Source: a virus. Taken from it: DNA of 64,000 bases. The notes under the pieces are model-generated. The model was not told the origin of the DNA. It saw only the letters and a program-made list of their open reading frames with translations, and searched no databases. Location: IMG/VR virus record IMGVR_UViG_3300015063_000002, positions 3,200-67,199 of that record; one strand, written 5' to 3'. The position numbers and the translations under genes are program-made. Shown here piece after piece: positions 26,560 to 36,312 of this stretch. The stretch's first letter is position 1. Each line of letters opens with the position of its first letter.

Positions 26560-27534
26560 TTATGAGGCTACGCAGGAAGTTTGTAGGCTCTCTACCCGAT
26601 CTTTAATCAATTCGTGGTAAGTCGGGTTGAGTTCAATCAGAACAGCGTTGCGACCATGTCGGTTGGCTACCCTGGCCGTTGTTCCCGATCCACCGAACGG
26701 GTCGAGTACCGTGCCGCCGACTGGACATCCGGCCAGTATCATCGGTTCGACCAGCTTTTCCGGGAAAGTGGCAAAATGTGAACCGGGGTAAGGTTGGGTG
26801 GAAACCGACCAAACATCACGACAATTACGAGTCTGGGTATCGGGCCTTATACCGTCTAAATCACTTCCAACCTTTGAATGGTTGTTGAAACTATTGTTGT
26901 TCGTATAAGTACCCCCGCCTCGAAAACTCGAACGGTTTTTACCGTTTACAGCTTGCTCTCTTACTGCCTCAGCATCGTAAAAGTACCGAACCTGCTTACT
27001 GAATAGGAAAACTGTTTCATGGGCTTTGGTAGGTCGGTCGGTTACACTTTCGGGCATGGCGTTGGGCTTATGCCAGATGATCTCAGACCGAAGTATCCAA
27101 CCGTCGTCTTGGAGTGCGAAAGCTACCCGCCAGGGCATACCCAAAAGATTTTTAGGCTTTAGATTGGTGTTCTTTCTTACTCCCAAATTAACGCCGTAGG
27201 TCGCCGTTCCTCGTTGACCTGCCCGACTTGTTTTGTTGCTGGGCGCGTTAGGGCTGAAACCACCGCCGCCAGTGTAAGAATCACCGAGGTTCAACCAGAG
27301 GGTGCCAGTCGGTTTGAGTATCCGTTTAACTTCTCGAAACACATCCGCTAAGGTTTGGACAAACTCTTGTGGGGATGACTCTAGCCCGATCTGGCCGTCA
27401 ACTCCATAGTCACGCAAAGAATAGTAGGGAGGACTGGTGACGACGCAATCAATGCTATCGGCGGGTAGAGTTTTAAGGACTTCTCGGCAATCGCCTTGTA
27501 AGGCAGTGGTGGTAACGGTAGTGGGGGTATTCAA
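26560..27534 (-). CDS. DNA methyltransferase, N4/N6 family, beta class
   Basis: DCVVTSPPY followed later by VLDPFGGSGTT. Confidence 0.92.
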   Translation of the reverse strand: MNTPTTVTTTALQGDCREVLKTLPADSIDCVVTSPPYYSLRDYGVDGQIGLESSPQEFVQTLADVFREVKRILKPTGTLWLNLGDSYTGGGGFSPNAPSNKTSRAGQRGTATYGVNLGVRKNTNLKPKNLLGMPWRVAFALQDDGWILRSEIIWHKPNAMPESVTDRPTKAHETVFLFSKQVRYFYDAEAVREQAVNGKNRSSFRGGGTYTNNNSFNNHSKVGSDLDGIRPDTQTRNCRDVWSVSTQPYPGSHFATFPEKLVEPMILAGCPVGGTVLDPFGGSGTTARVANRHGRNAVLIELNPTYHELIKDRVESLQTSCVAS

Positions 27535-27861
27535 TGTCGCTTTCTCGAATGTGGTAGTAAATCGCTAATTGGTCGGAGGTCGGGGATGACCAGCACTAGC
27601 CAGCCATCCCCACCCCACAATGTTACCGTATACCACACGCGGTGTCGCTAGTATATTGTCTAGTTGTTCAAAAACTCCTAAGCCCACATCCTGTTTTCGG
27701 AATGCCCAGACCCGAACACAGCTTCCACAGCGAGTTCGGGGGCGAGTTCGGAGGAGCGGATTAACCTTCCGCAATTGATTAGGGGTTTAATTCGGGCCGT
27801 TACCACGTTTCGGCCCGGTCGCTCTCACCTTTTCTTTTGAAGTTGGTACGCAGTGATAGAC

Positions 27862-27974
27862 CCAGAACGCCCTATACCCGGCTGTGTCACAACCGCTTCG
27901 CGGCAAGGGTCTTTCAGACCTTGTAACACGCTGGGTACCAGCCTATCGAGGCGATAGGCTGACGGGCGTTCTGG
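27862..27974. other. 113-nt multi-branched secondary structure
   Basis: Closing stem CCAGAACGCCC/GGGCGTTCTGG enclosing CAGCCTATCG/CGATAGGCTG, TACCC.GC/GC.GGGTA, GGTCT/AGACC and CCGC/GCGG hairpins. Confidence 0.65.
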
Positions 27975-28068
27975 CTACGCAAAGAGTATTTCCGGGTAAA
28001 TAAAAAACCGCCTGGCGTGTGCCAAGCGGGGTTGCGGACGAGCCGCGATGTCGGTTGTGTGAGGAGGG

Positions 28069-28476
28069 CTAGTCGTCGTCGGAGACATCAACATAGATGT
28101 ACTCATCTGATAAATTTGCAAAATAGGGTTTTAGTTGTCCTGGGACTGAATTCGGTTCTAAAAACCGGATTTCCTTACCCCTGAGCCGGGCGTAATAGTA
28201 TTCACGGGCGGTACTCTCCCCAACGTAGCCTCCAACATTGAGGATTAGAACTTCGTCGGCCAGATCAATTTTGGCGTAGTGGAGTACGTCTAATCTGGCT
28301 TTAAGAAATTTCATCTGTTCAGCATCCATGTGACCGAAATGTTCGTCGTCCGTCCCGGTGGCTGCGCCCACCGACAGGACTATCTTGCCCTTCAAGGTCT
28401 CTTCTAACGAAACTTCTTGAAAGGTCTTCCAAAAGCGGGTTGAACCGCATAAACAAACCACGACGGGTTTTTCCAT
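28069..28476 (-). CDS. DUF4406 / nucleoside deoxyribosyltransferase-like small Rossmann-type protein
   Basis: VVCLCGSTRF...KIDLADEVLILNVGGYVGEST.REY. Confidence 0.5.
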   Translation of the reverse strand: MEKPVVVCLCGSTRFWKTFQEVSLEETLKGKIVLSVGAATGTDDEHFGHMDAEQMKFLKARLDVLHYAKIDLADEVLILNVGGYVGESTAREYYYARLRGKEIRFLEPNSVPGQLKPYFANLSDEYIYVDVSDDD

Positions 28477-28517
28477 TTTGATCCTCTTTCTGCCGGTTGG
28501 TTCGCACCGGCGGGCAA

Positions 28518-28841
28518 CTAATTCAATGGAAACGGGTTGGCGGGCATTATGCCTAATTTCTCCTCCAAAAACTCGCAGGCTTTCAGCCGTTGAGATTTGA
28601 CCGTCCCAGGAGTCGAATTCCGGCTAATCCAGAGATAGTGGTTAGCCGCCTGTTGGTGCCTTCGTTGGCGTCCACGTAGCCAATCGTTGAAGAACACCTG
28701 CGGCATTTGATCCCCTACCTGAGTAATATTTATGTAATAGTGATGTCCGTCTTTCGCCCGATTTTTAGATACCCAACTTGCAGAGTAGAGGAAAACTCCA
28801 GTGGGGTGGGCGTCCAAATTACCGTTAGTCTCTTCTGGCAT
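28518..28841 (-). CDS. Hypothetical protein
   Basis: RBS AGGAGG; co-oriented. Confidence 0.55.
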   Translation of the reverse strand: MPEETNGNLDAHPTGVFLYSASWVSKNRAKDGHHYYINITQVGDQMPQVFFNDWLRGRQRRHQQAANHYLWISRNSTPGTVKSQRLKACEFLEEKLGIMPANPFPLN

Positions 28842-29166
28842 AAAATCCTCCTTCCTGGCGGTGCGTGACGATCACCTTCGTGACGCCACGAAAACGATAA
28901 AATTTAGCGATTTGGGCTACAGCTAAAGCAGTAGTCCGAGCCGTTAACCACCTCATGTGACGGATTGCCACACATACAGCACTCGCTGGTTGAGGTATTC
29001 CTACCCCGGACGCTGGCGGAACGACGCTTGCAAAACTTGGCTACGATGTCTAACATGGGTAAATCCTTTCTACTCAGTTTGGATAGCTGGCCCGCCGCCA
29101 GTTTTGGAAGGCAGACGGCGGGTCTTCTATAATAAATTTAATCCTCGACTGTCGGGAAGAGGGTAG

Positions 29167-29553
29167 TTAGAACTGGGCTTCTTTCAGGGTGGCGGCGTCT
29201 TCCACCACAAGGTTAACCTCGTATCTCAGATTGATCAGCCCCATTTCGCGGGCCGCAGCGTTGTAACTGCGGGCCTGCTTACAGGCGGCACTGGCCGTCG
29301 CGTGCCGCCCGACGATCTGCGAGCCGATGTACTCTAGCTCGCCGTCCGGTTGCAAGCTCGCCGACTGGTGGCAAAGCACCTGGTACGGCCAGCGTGGGTC
29401 GTAGGTCGGCCAGGGCCGGGTCATGTCGGCGACCACCGTGCCGGTGCTGGCCGCTTCGACCGAGTGCTGGATTTCGGCCAGGTTCTGTTCGACCTGGGCA
29501 AAGTCCGGGTCACTGATAAATCTCGGTTGCTGATTGTAGTTGTTATTTTCCAT
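29167..29553 (-). CDS. Hypothetical protein
   Basis: RBS GGAGG; co-oriented. Confidence 0.55.
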   Translation of the reverse strand: MENNNYNQQPRFISDPDFAQVEQNLAEIQHSVEAASTGTVVADMTRPWPTYDPRWPYQVLCHQSASLQPDGELEYIGSQIVGRHATASAACKQARSYNAAAREMGLINLRYEVNLVVEDAATLKEAQF

Positions 29554-29600
29554 TTCGGTTTGTCTTTAACCTCCAAACTAATAAATAAAAGTTGAATAAA

Positions 29601-29942
29601 TTAAGCGTTTAGCCAGCCTCCGCACGCTTCACGGGGCTTCATGCAGGCAAAGCCACTATAGTTCGACCCGTCCTGACGTTTGCCGCTCTTGGCTGTGACC
29701 GGGCCATTGCACTTCGGGCAGGCTTTGCCGGGTGCTGGTTCGGCCTGCTTTCGGTTGCCGCCGCCGCCGCCGAAGGACTTAACGGGGCGGGGTAGGCAAC
29801 CCATCTTTTCTAGCCCGGCACTGGCCGACCCCAGGAGGGCCAGGCCGCTCTCACCTTCGCCCGGTTCAAGGCCGACGTGACCCTCGAAGCCCTGGGCCGT
29901 AACAAAGAAAATATCTATCGTAACTTTAGCCATCGTGTTCAC
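29601..29942 (-). CDS. Zinc-ribbon protein
   Basis: CPKCNGP...GFAC...CGG. Confidence 0.6.
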   Translation of the reverse strand: MNTMAKVTIDIFFVTAQGFEGHVGLEPGEGESGLALLGSASAGLEKMGCLPRPVKSFGGGGGNRKQAEPAPGKACPKCNGPVTAKSGKRQDGSNYSGFACMKPREACGGWLNA

Positions 29943-29950
29943 CTTTAGGG

Positions 29951-30100
29951 TTATAACAAATCACTTATAAGTTGCCGCCAGTGCCAATAGCAAAGACGCT
30001 CATAGCTGGCGACCTGGCGGCACTTGCAGCACTCGGCCAACCCTTTGCCCGGCTGATACCGGCGACACCATAGCCGCCGGTTGAGGTTCTTGCGGGTCAT
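29951..30100 (-). CDS. 49-aa Cys/His protein missed by the ORF track; paralog of 1665-1850
   Basis: MTRKNLNRRLWCRRYQPGKGLAECCKCRQVASYERLCYWHWRQLISDLL; ATGA-coupled to the SWIM gene. Confidence 0.7.
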   Translation of the reverse strand: MTRKNLNRRLWCRRYQPGKGLAECCKCRQVASYERLCYWHWRQLISDLL

Positions 30101-30528
30101 CCGAAGATGTCCTCACGGTCTTTAGCCGCCTGACAGTCCCGGCAACGACCCTCAGTGCTGGCAATCGGGGCGCGGCGACAATCCCGGCAGGTGGCGACCT
30201 GCGCGGCCATCTCGACCGCTATTTCCTCCTCGACCTGGGCCATTCTCACCTCGACCTCAATTGAGGCTCTTTGTTGGCCCAGGTAGAGAGGGAGGCAAGC
30301 GGCGACGTGATAGCAGGCCCGCCCGCCCTTCGTGTGAGCCGGACAATCGCAGTCGAAGCCGTGATCACCTTCGGGCGAAACGTGGAAAGTAACGATGTAC
30401 AGGTCGCCCCGCCGCCCCCTCACCTCAAACTTACCGAAGTCCAGAACCTTCACGCGGGGCTTGAGGTCACGGGCGTTGGCAGTGGCGTTGCGGGCGTTTT
30501 TATATTCCAGATCGTCGTAAGTTAGCAT
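30097..30528 (-). CDS. SWIM zinc-finger protein; paralog of 1225-1668
   Basis: CDCPAHTKGGRACYHV; MLTY start and DREDIFG end shared with the paralog. Confidence 0.8.
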   Translation of the reverse strand: MLTYDDLEYKNARNATANARDLKPRVKVLDFGKFEVRGRRGDLYIVTFHVSPEGDHGFDCDCPAHTKGGRACYHVAACLPLYLGQQRASIEVEVRMAQVEEEIAVEMAAQVATCRDCRRAPIASTEGRCRDCQAAKDREDIFG

Positions 30529-30533
30529 GGTGG

Positions 30534-30785
30534 TTATGCCCTCCCTTTTAGTTGGTTGTACTGAGTTTTGAGTTCGGCTTTCCGATTGGTGTAAGCCATC
30601 TCGGTCAAGAGGCCGTTCTGGTAGTCGGCTTTCGCCGCCCGACCCAGGGCGATGTAGAAAGCGTCCAGGCTCATGCCGGTTTGGGTGGCGGTCGCCGGAG
30701 CTTCCTGCTGGGCTTCCCGCTGGGCGGCGGTGGCAAGTAGGCTGGCGATGCGGGTGGTGTTAGCGGAAACGCTGTGCTTGGACAT
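30534..30785 (-). CDS. Hypothetical protein
   Basis: First gene of the leftward operon. Confidence 0.55.
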   Translation of the reverse strand: MSKHSVSANTTRIASLLATAAQREAQQEAPATATQTGMSLDAFYIALGRAAKADYQNGLLTEMAYTNRKAELKTQYNQLKGRA

Positions 30786-30989
30786 TTGGTATAATTCCTT
30801 CGACTAAACTTTTTACCGGGTTTTGGTCCCTCGGCTCGTTACGTGTTACAAGCGCGTAACGGGCTTTTTATTTGTTCTTACATAGGAATTATAGCAACAA
30901 ACAGCAACAAAAACAAGGGGTTTTTGTTCTATTTTGTCCGATTTGTATAAATTCGTTGCTATTTGTAAGGATTATGTGATATATTTCTA

Positions 30990-31319
30990 TTGGAGGTATT
31001 TCATATGGATGATGAGCCGAAACGGAAATATCTCGAAGAGTGGCGCAAGGGGAAACTCTGGTCGCAATCCGATCTTGCAAGGGCAGCGGACGTGAATCGC
31101 AGCATTATAAACAAGATTGAGAAGGGCGAACAGGTGGGGAGATATAACACTGCTGGCAAAATCGCGGCGGCGTTAGGCGTCCTACCTGAACAGATCATTG
31201 ACTTTGACCCGCTATTCGGGCCAGCAAAAAAAGAAACCCGCCTGACAACAGTAGTTAGTCAGCAGGCGGGGTACAACAAGCCGGTGGCGGGGTTACAGCC
31301 CGTCGCTGGCTCGATATAA
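30990..31319 (+). CDS. XRE-family HTH repressor
   Basis: LEEWRKGKLWSQSDLARAADVNRSIINKIEKG...IAAALGV; start may be ATG 31005. Confidence 0.9.
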   Translation: MEVFHMDDEPKRKYLEEWRKGKLWSQSDLARAADVNRSIINKIEKGEQVGRYNTAGKIAAALGVLPEQIIDFDPLFGPAKKETRLTTVVSQQAGYNKPVAGLQPVAGSI

Positions 31320-31398
31320 TCTTAGCACGATTCTAGTTTTAGCATGAAGTTATCCAACCCGCCGTCGTGCGAGGTTTATTAATTTTAAAGAATTTTAG

Positions 31399-32547
31399 GT
31401 GAGGTGCGCCATGTGGCTACTGCTTAAAGAGGTTTGGCACGTCGTGATCGGCGACGGGAAGGGCAAACTTAAAATAAAGGGCTTTGCGGGCGGTCTGCAA
31501 GCGGCCTACTGGCTCACGCTACTTTTCGTGCTGTACGTGAGCGTGCCTCACGCCGTCGCCGTCCTAGAGCATTACGAGCCAGGCGGGAACGAACTAAACG
31601 CCGTGTGCATGGCGTTGGCAATTGAGCTAGTCCCGGCCCTGGCCTTCCTGGTGGCTATGCACTTCGTTGGACTACGTTGGGAGGTACGGACGCTCTTAAT
31701 CGTGCTGGCTTTGCCGTTCGTCGTTCTCTCTTTTTTAATCCAGTCTGAGGCGTTCGACCGGGCCGGGAAGCACAGCCTTGACGCCTGGATACTGGCTCTG
31801 GCCCTGCCCTACGGCGTGATAGTAACGTCGCTTGGCATTGCGATTATTACGAGCTACGTCTCGCGTCACAAAGACAATATTGCCGATCAGGTAAGAACAG
31901 CGGTCGAGGCGGTCGAAGGTCGGTGGCGCGAAATGTACGAGCAGGGGTTGGCACGCGCCAATTCCCAAATCGAAGCGTACAAGCAGGATTGCGTCCGATT
32001 ACAAGAACAACTCAAGCACAAACAAGCCCTGCTTGAACAGCCTGACCCACTGCGCTCGATTGCCGAACAACAACTTGAAGAAACACGGCAGGCCCTGGCC
32101 GACGAGAAAACGGCTCACGGTGAAGCAAGGGTGGAAGCCCGCACCGAGGTCGAACGGCTATTCGAGCAATTGGAGGCAGAACGTAGGGGTAAAGCTGTTC
32201 TCGAAACGAAGCTTGGTCAGGCCGAGGGTGCGTTACAGGCGATGCAAATCTCCCAGAGCCAACAGCGTCAACCGCAAATTGCATCGGTGCAAAAGCGTTT
32301 CAACCCGCCGATGCAAACGAGCGATGCACCGAGCGACGGCGATGCAAACGATGAGGTGAAAGCGATGCACCGCGCTCTAAAAGAGCGGTTCAAATCTGAT
32401 CCAAGCGTTCAGATTTTACGTGAGGCATACAACGCCGGTGTAGGTGAACTAACACTCAAAAGCTGGGTGCGGCGGGACGGGGCCGGACTTATCTGGGGCG
32501 AAATAAGCGATCAGGTACGTGGTGCATCGCGCCTGATCGCAGGCTAA
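31399..32547 (+). CDS. Multi-TM plus coiled-coil membrane protein
   Basis: About 4 hydrophobic helices, long coiled coil, possible C-terminal HTH. Confidence 0.6.
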   Translation: MRCAMWLLLKEVWHVVIGDGKGKLKIKGFAGGLQAAYWLTLLFVLYVSVPHAVAVLEHYEPGGNELNAVCMALAIELVPALAFLVAMHFVGLRWEVRTLLIVLALPFVVLSFLIQSEAFDRAGKHSLDAWILALALPYGVIVTSLGIAIITSYVSRHKDNIADQVRTAVEAVEGRWREMYEQGLARANSQIEAYKQDCVRLQEQLKHKQALLEQPDPLRSIAEQQLEETRQALADEKTAHGEARVEARTEVERLFEQLEAERRGKAVLETKLGQAEGALQAMQISQSQQRQPQIASVQKRFNPPMQTSDAPSDGDANDEVKAMHRALKERFKSDPSVQILREAYNAGVGELTLKSWVRRDGAGLIWGEISDQVRGASRLIAG

Positions 32548-32558
32548 GGAGCGGGACA

Positions 32559-33269
32559 ATGTTAGATACATTCTTGATGTGGTACTTCATTCTATCAAAG
32601 TCGAATACCTTCAAGTGGGCTAAGTTCTGGCTCATGCTGGCAGGATTAGCCTGGCTGTGGCTTTTGTGGTGTTGGTTTTCGGGAAACTGGGGCTTCCTAT
32701 TCATCTCGTTCATTGCCTTCTCGTTGAGCCTGATGACGGCCCTGGAAGCTCTAAGCGTAGCCTACTACGAAACGAAGGCCCGGCGGATCGTACTAAATCG
32801 GTACGCGAACAGCCAACAGGCGGTGGTCGCGGTCACTGACAATGAAACCGACGAAGAAGAAGACGATGAACTGACCGATAAGAGTAAGCTCGAACTTTGC
32901 CAGTTCTACACCTTTTTGTATCTGGTGTTCGAGCTACACCGCACTGGCGAAGGCACTCTCGGACGAATGGCCGGTATTCCCGCTGGGCGATACCGTCTTT
33001 GGATGAAAACTCTGGCCGGGGCGGGACTGGCCGACACTCACCTTAGTTTTGAAGAAGTCTTAGACTACATCGCCAAGAAGAACAATCAAGATTTTATGTG
33101 GAACTTTACAAAACGTGTTTACTCCGACCCACAAAACTGGCGGGAGTACGATCCAAGACTACTCGACATGGGCCAGGGCAGGAAGCTCCGGGTGGGGGGT
33201 CGTCATGTGGCGGCAGGGGTCACTACCATTCCGATTTACCCGACCCGGTTACGTGATCTCAAATTTTGA
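32559..33269 (+). CDS. Membrane protein
   Basis: Two N-terminal hydrophobic helices. Confidence 0.6.
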   Translation: MLDTFLMWYFILSKSNTFKWAKFWLMLAGLAWLWLLWCWFSGNWGFLFISFIAFSLSLMTALEALSVAYYETKARRIVLNRYANSQQAVVAVTDNETDEEEDDELTDKSKLELCQFYTFLYLVFELHRTGEGTLGRMAGIPAGRYRLWMKTLAGAGLADTHLSFEEVLDYIAKKNNQDFMWNFTKRVYSDPQNWREYDPRLLDMGQGRKLRVGGRHVAAGVTTIPIYPTRLRDLKF

Positions 33270-33371
33270 GTTCAAATTTTGAGGTTTTTGAGATCGCTTT
33301 GAGGTTTTTGAGGTTTTTGAGGTTTGTTTTAAGAGGTTTAAGAGGGGTGGGGCTGCATCGCAACCCCCAGG

Positions 33372-34583
33372 ATGCAACCGATTAGCGGTCGGTTGCAGAC
33401 TACCCGTAGCACCTATCTAGGAGGTACTGACGTGGCTAATCCTACCAATAAGGCCGACAATCGGCAAACACAGGCGCGAACACCTTTACGAGTTGTGAAC
33501 GATCAAGAGCAGGACGATGCGCCGATGCAAGAGGAAGAAGAGGGGTACGACGACGACGACGGTGCATCGGTGCAACCCCAGCCAGTGCAAGGGCAATCCA
33601 AAAGCGCTGCAACTCGCAAAGTTGCACCGCCAATGCCAGCCGCCCAGAAGCACCGGCCTGCACCGATGCAAGAAGAGGGGGAGGAATACGGCGACGAAGA
33701 GAGCGATGCACCGGGTGCGGCGGTGCATTCAGGCGGTGCGCTACAAACAGACTACCGAGAACTGCTGAACCAGATGCAAGGCGACCGGCGCGGCTTTCGT
33801 ATCCCAGCCCCACCCCGTGAAACCCTGGACAACCTGGGTCAGTGGGGTGGCCTGGTGCTGGGCGGCGCGGGGAAACTGGCGGGTCTAGTCGTAAATCCTG
33901 TTAACCGCCTCATGGATTTTTCGGCGAACGACTCGGATGGCGAGTATATGAGCTTCACGGCTCGTATGACCTACCGCCTGGTTGGGCTTGTCGTATTAGT
34001 CTGGGACGCACTGCTTACGCAAGCTGTAACTTCCCACATTTTCCCCGAAGTAGACAAGGCGGTAGGGACGGTGGGTAGTGCCGATTTCTTTAAGAACGGT
34101 ATTACCATCGGCCTCAAGGCTTTTATCGCCTCTCTTATTTTCACGGGCATTTTGAGTATTTGTCAGAATATGCTCTTCGACAAGAATAAAAGCACATTCA
34201 AGAAACTGCTTATTGTCGGAGCGTTTACCGTAAACGTCGTATTCGACTGCATTGGGTATGCCGACTTCTGGGATCATTCGGCTCGGTTCGAGTGGATAAT
34301 GCTACGTCAGGGTCAAATCGAGTGGGGGAGCGTGGTCATTTATATAGCCTCCATCCTGACCGCCCCGCTCCCTGAACTGGCCTGGCACAAGGCTCGGCAC
34401 GCCCGGAAGATGACCAGCCCTCAATCGGCCCATCAACAGCAACCGCCTCGCCCGGCTCAACAGCAACCCCAGCAGACCCAGAACGGCGCGTATGTGAACA
34501 CGCCGAACGGCATGAAGTGGCTACCAATCAGCCAGATTAAAAAACTGGCCGAAGAACAACGCCGCCGGGAAGGAGGTCGGTAA
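33372..34583 (+). CDS. Multi-TM membrane protein with disordered N-terminus
   Basis: Four hydrophobic segments in the C-terminal half. Confidence 0.6.
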   Translation: MQPISGRLQTTRSTYLGGTDVANPTNKADNRQTQARTPLRVVNDQEQDDAPMQEEEEGYDDDDGASVQPQPVQGQSKSAATRKVAPPMPAAQKHRPAPMQEEGEEYGDEESDAPGAAVHSGGALQTDYRELLNQMQGDRRGFRIPAPPRETLDNLGQWGGLVLGGAGKLAGLVVNPVNRLMDFSANDSDGEYMSFTARMTYRLVGLVVLVWDALLTQAVTSHIFPEVDKAVGTVGSADFFKNGITIGLKAFIASLIFTGILSICQNMLFDKNKSTFKKLLIVGAFTVNVVFDCIGYADFWDHSARFEWIMLRQGQIEWGSVVIYIASILTAPLPELAWHKARHARKMTSPQSAHQQQPPRPAQQQPQQTQNGAYVNTPNGMKWLPISQIKKLAEEQRRREGGR

Positions 34584-34585
34584 TT

Positions 34586-35959
34586 ATGAGAAAAACCTAT
34601 ATCCCTCACAAACCAGCAGCTATTACCGGCCCCGATTCAAAGGTCGGCCAGGTCATTACCTACGTACCGCAGTATCAACAGCAAACCGAAGGGCCTGACC
34701 CGGATATGGGCTTTGCCCGGCGTGCGGTGTGGATGTACACGCACAAGCTGGGGCAAGAGTTCTCCCTAGTCCTAATGCTCAGTCTTGGCTATCAATTTTT
34801 GGTGGCAATCTTCCTCGGCGTCCGGGCGATCAGAGGGCTACCGCTTTTATCGTGGCTACCGGGCGACACTGCGTGGCAAGCTATCGGTTTTGCCGCCGCC
34901 CTCGTTGCCGGGTTCTTCGTCCAGGCTCTAATAGTAAGTGAAGCCGCGCAGGTGGTCTGGATACGACGCACCGACCGATTGAAGGTGCGCCTCATGAGCG
35001 GCTCGGTCTGGTGGTGGTTTCATCTTCTGGTGTTAATCGTTTCAGTTATCCTGGATTTTTTGATGCTCTTTATGGCGATCACCGGCACAACCGATCTGGG
35101 GCGCGGGTGGAAGGGGGCGCAGGCCAACCAGATGACCTTTATCGCCACCATCCTCTTTACCGTGTTGAACTTACTAACCCTGCTGCGCTGTGCGTCGGTA
35201 ATGCGTACCTCCACCTCAGAGGAAAACCGGCGTGAAGTCGAGGAACAAATGCGGGCGATTGCCGACGAGATACTACTAGACGCGGGCGAGGGGACGCGCC
35301 TGGCCGCCCAGCAAGCCTGGAAGGTTCTGGGGTCGAACCCACGTCGGTTCTTGCCGCTCCACGAGTCAGTCATGAACCTTATCCGCGATCAGCACCCGGA
35401 CTTCTTCCCCGACCAACTGGGTGGTGACACCTGGGGCTACGACCAGGACGGCAACACCTTTGCCGCCCTGCCGCCGGATGTGCATCAGGCTCTCTTGAAG
35501 GGACGGAGCCAGAGCAACCGCTTTAGCGACCCTGACCAGCGTCAGATGTGGAGCTTGCCTCCGTCCGACCAGGCCCGGATAATTGATTACAATTTGGGTT
35601 TGTATGGCAAACCCCGCTTCGTCAATCTGGCCGACCTCGATAACCCGGAGTTTGCTTACACGCCCGCCGACTTCAAAGCTTTTACAAGCGGCGAGGAAGT
35701 TGAGGCTGGGGCTGGGGTGGCGGGTCTGACGACTGCCACGCCGAACGCTGCTACTACTTTATTCGCCGACAAAGTTTCTTTTCTGACCGCTCTTAGCGAC
35801 TTAGAAAAAGTGCAGTTTGCTGGATACTTAAAAAGTTCGGTCTACCCGTCCCTGCACAAAGCTGAGTGGACAGAAGCAAATGTGCCGATCTGGAACGTCT
35901 TTGACCTTGTAGATTTGCAGTACATTTTCAAGCAATGGAAATCATCGCGGGCAGGTTAA
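34586..35959 (+). CDS. Multi-TM membrane protein with cytoplasmic C-terminal domain
   Basis: Four hydrophobic segments in the N-terminal half. Confidence 0.6.
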   Translation: MRKTYIPHKPAAITGPDSKVGQVITYVPQYQQQTEGPDPDMGFARRAVWMYTHKLGQEFSLVLMLSLGYQFLVAIFLGVRAIRGLPLLSWLPGDTAWQAIGFAAALVAGFFVQALIVSEAAQVVWIRRTDRLKVRLMSGSVWWWFHLLVLIVSVILDFLMLFMAITGTTDLGRGWKGAQANQMTFIATILFTVLNLLTLLRCASVMRTSTSEENRREVEEQMRAIADEILLDAGEGTRLAAQQAWKVLGSNPRRFLPLHESVMNLIRDQHPDFFPDQLGGDTWGYDQDGNTFAALPPDVHQALLKGRSQSNRFSDPDQRQMWSLPPSDQARIIDYNLGLYGKPRFVNLADLDNPEFAYTPADFKAFTSGEEVEAGAGVAGLTTATPNAATTLFADKVSFLTALSDLEKVQFAGYLKSSVYPSLHKAEWTEANVPIWNVFDLVDLQYIFKQWKSSRAG

Positions 35960-36060
35960 CCCCTGCTCGAAGCCTTTTCTTTAGTGGTTAATTGGGTGGG
36001 TCACGGGTCACACGGGTCACGGGGTTGGGTCACACGGGTCATCGGGTTAACGGGTCTGTG

Positions 36061-36092
36061 AATTGCCGGGAGTGGGTTAGCTCCCGGCAATT
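36061..36092 (+). terminator. Hairpin after the membrane protein operon
   Basis: AATTGCCGGGAG / CTCCCGGCAATT followed by a T-rich stretch. Confidence 0.7.
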
Positions 36093-36312
36093 CTTCGTTT
36101 AAGGTTGAAATGGTTGGATTTACAAGTGAATATTTAAAATAATACCGTTCATAGTTGTAGCCCGGCTATATACAACATAGCTGGGCTACGGGGCTGCTTA
36201 TTTTCAAATCGATTTAGACAAGCACTTTGGTTACGGACTGAGCGATTGGTACCCGCCCGGTCTGGCTTTTTATTGTCTGAAATCATAAACGCAAAAGAAT
36301 GGATTTTTTACG

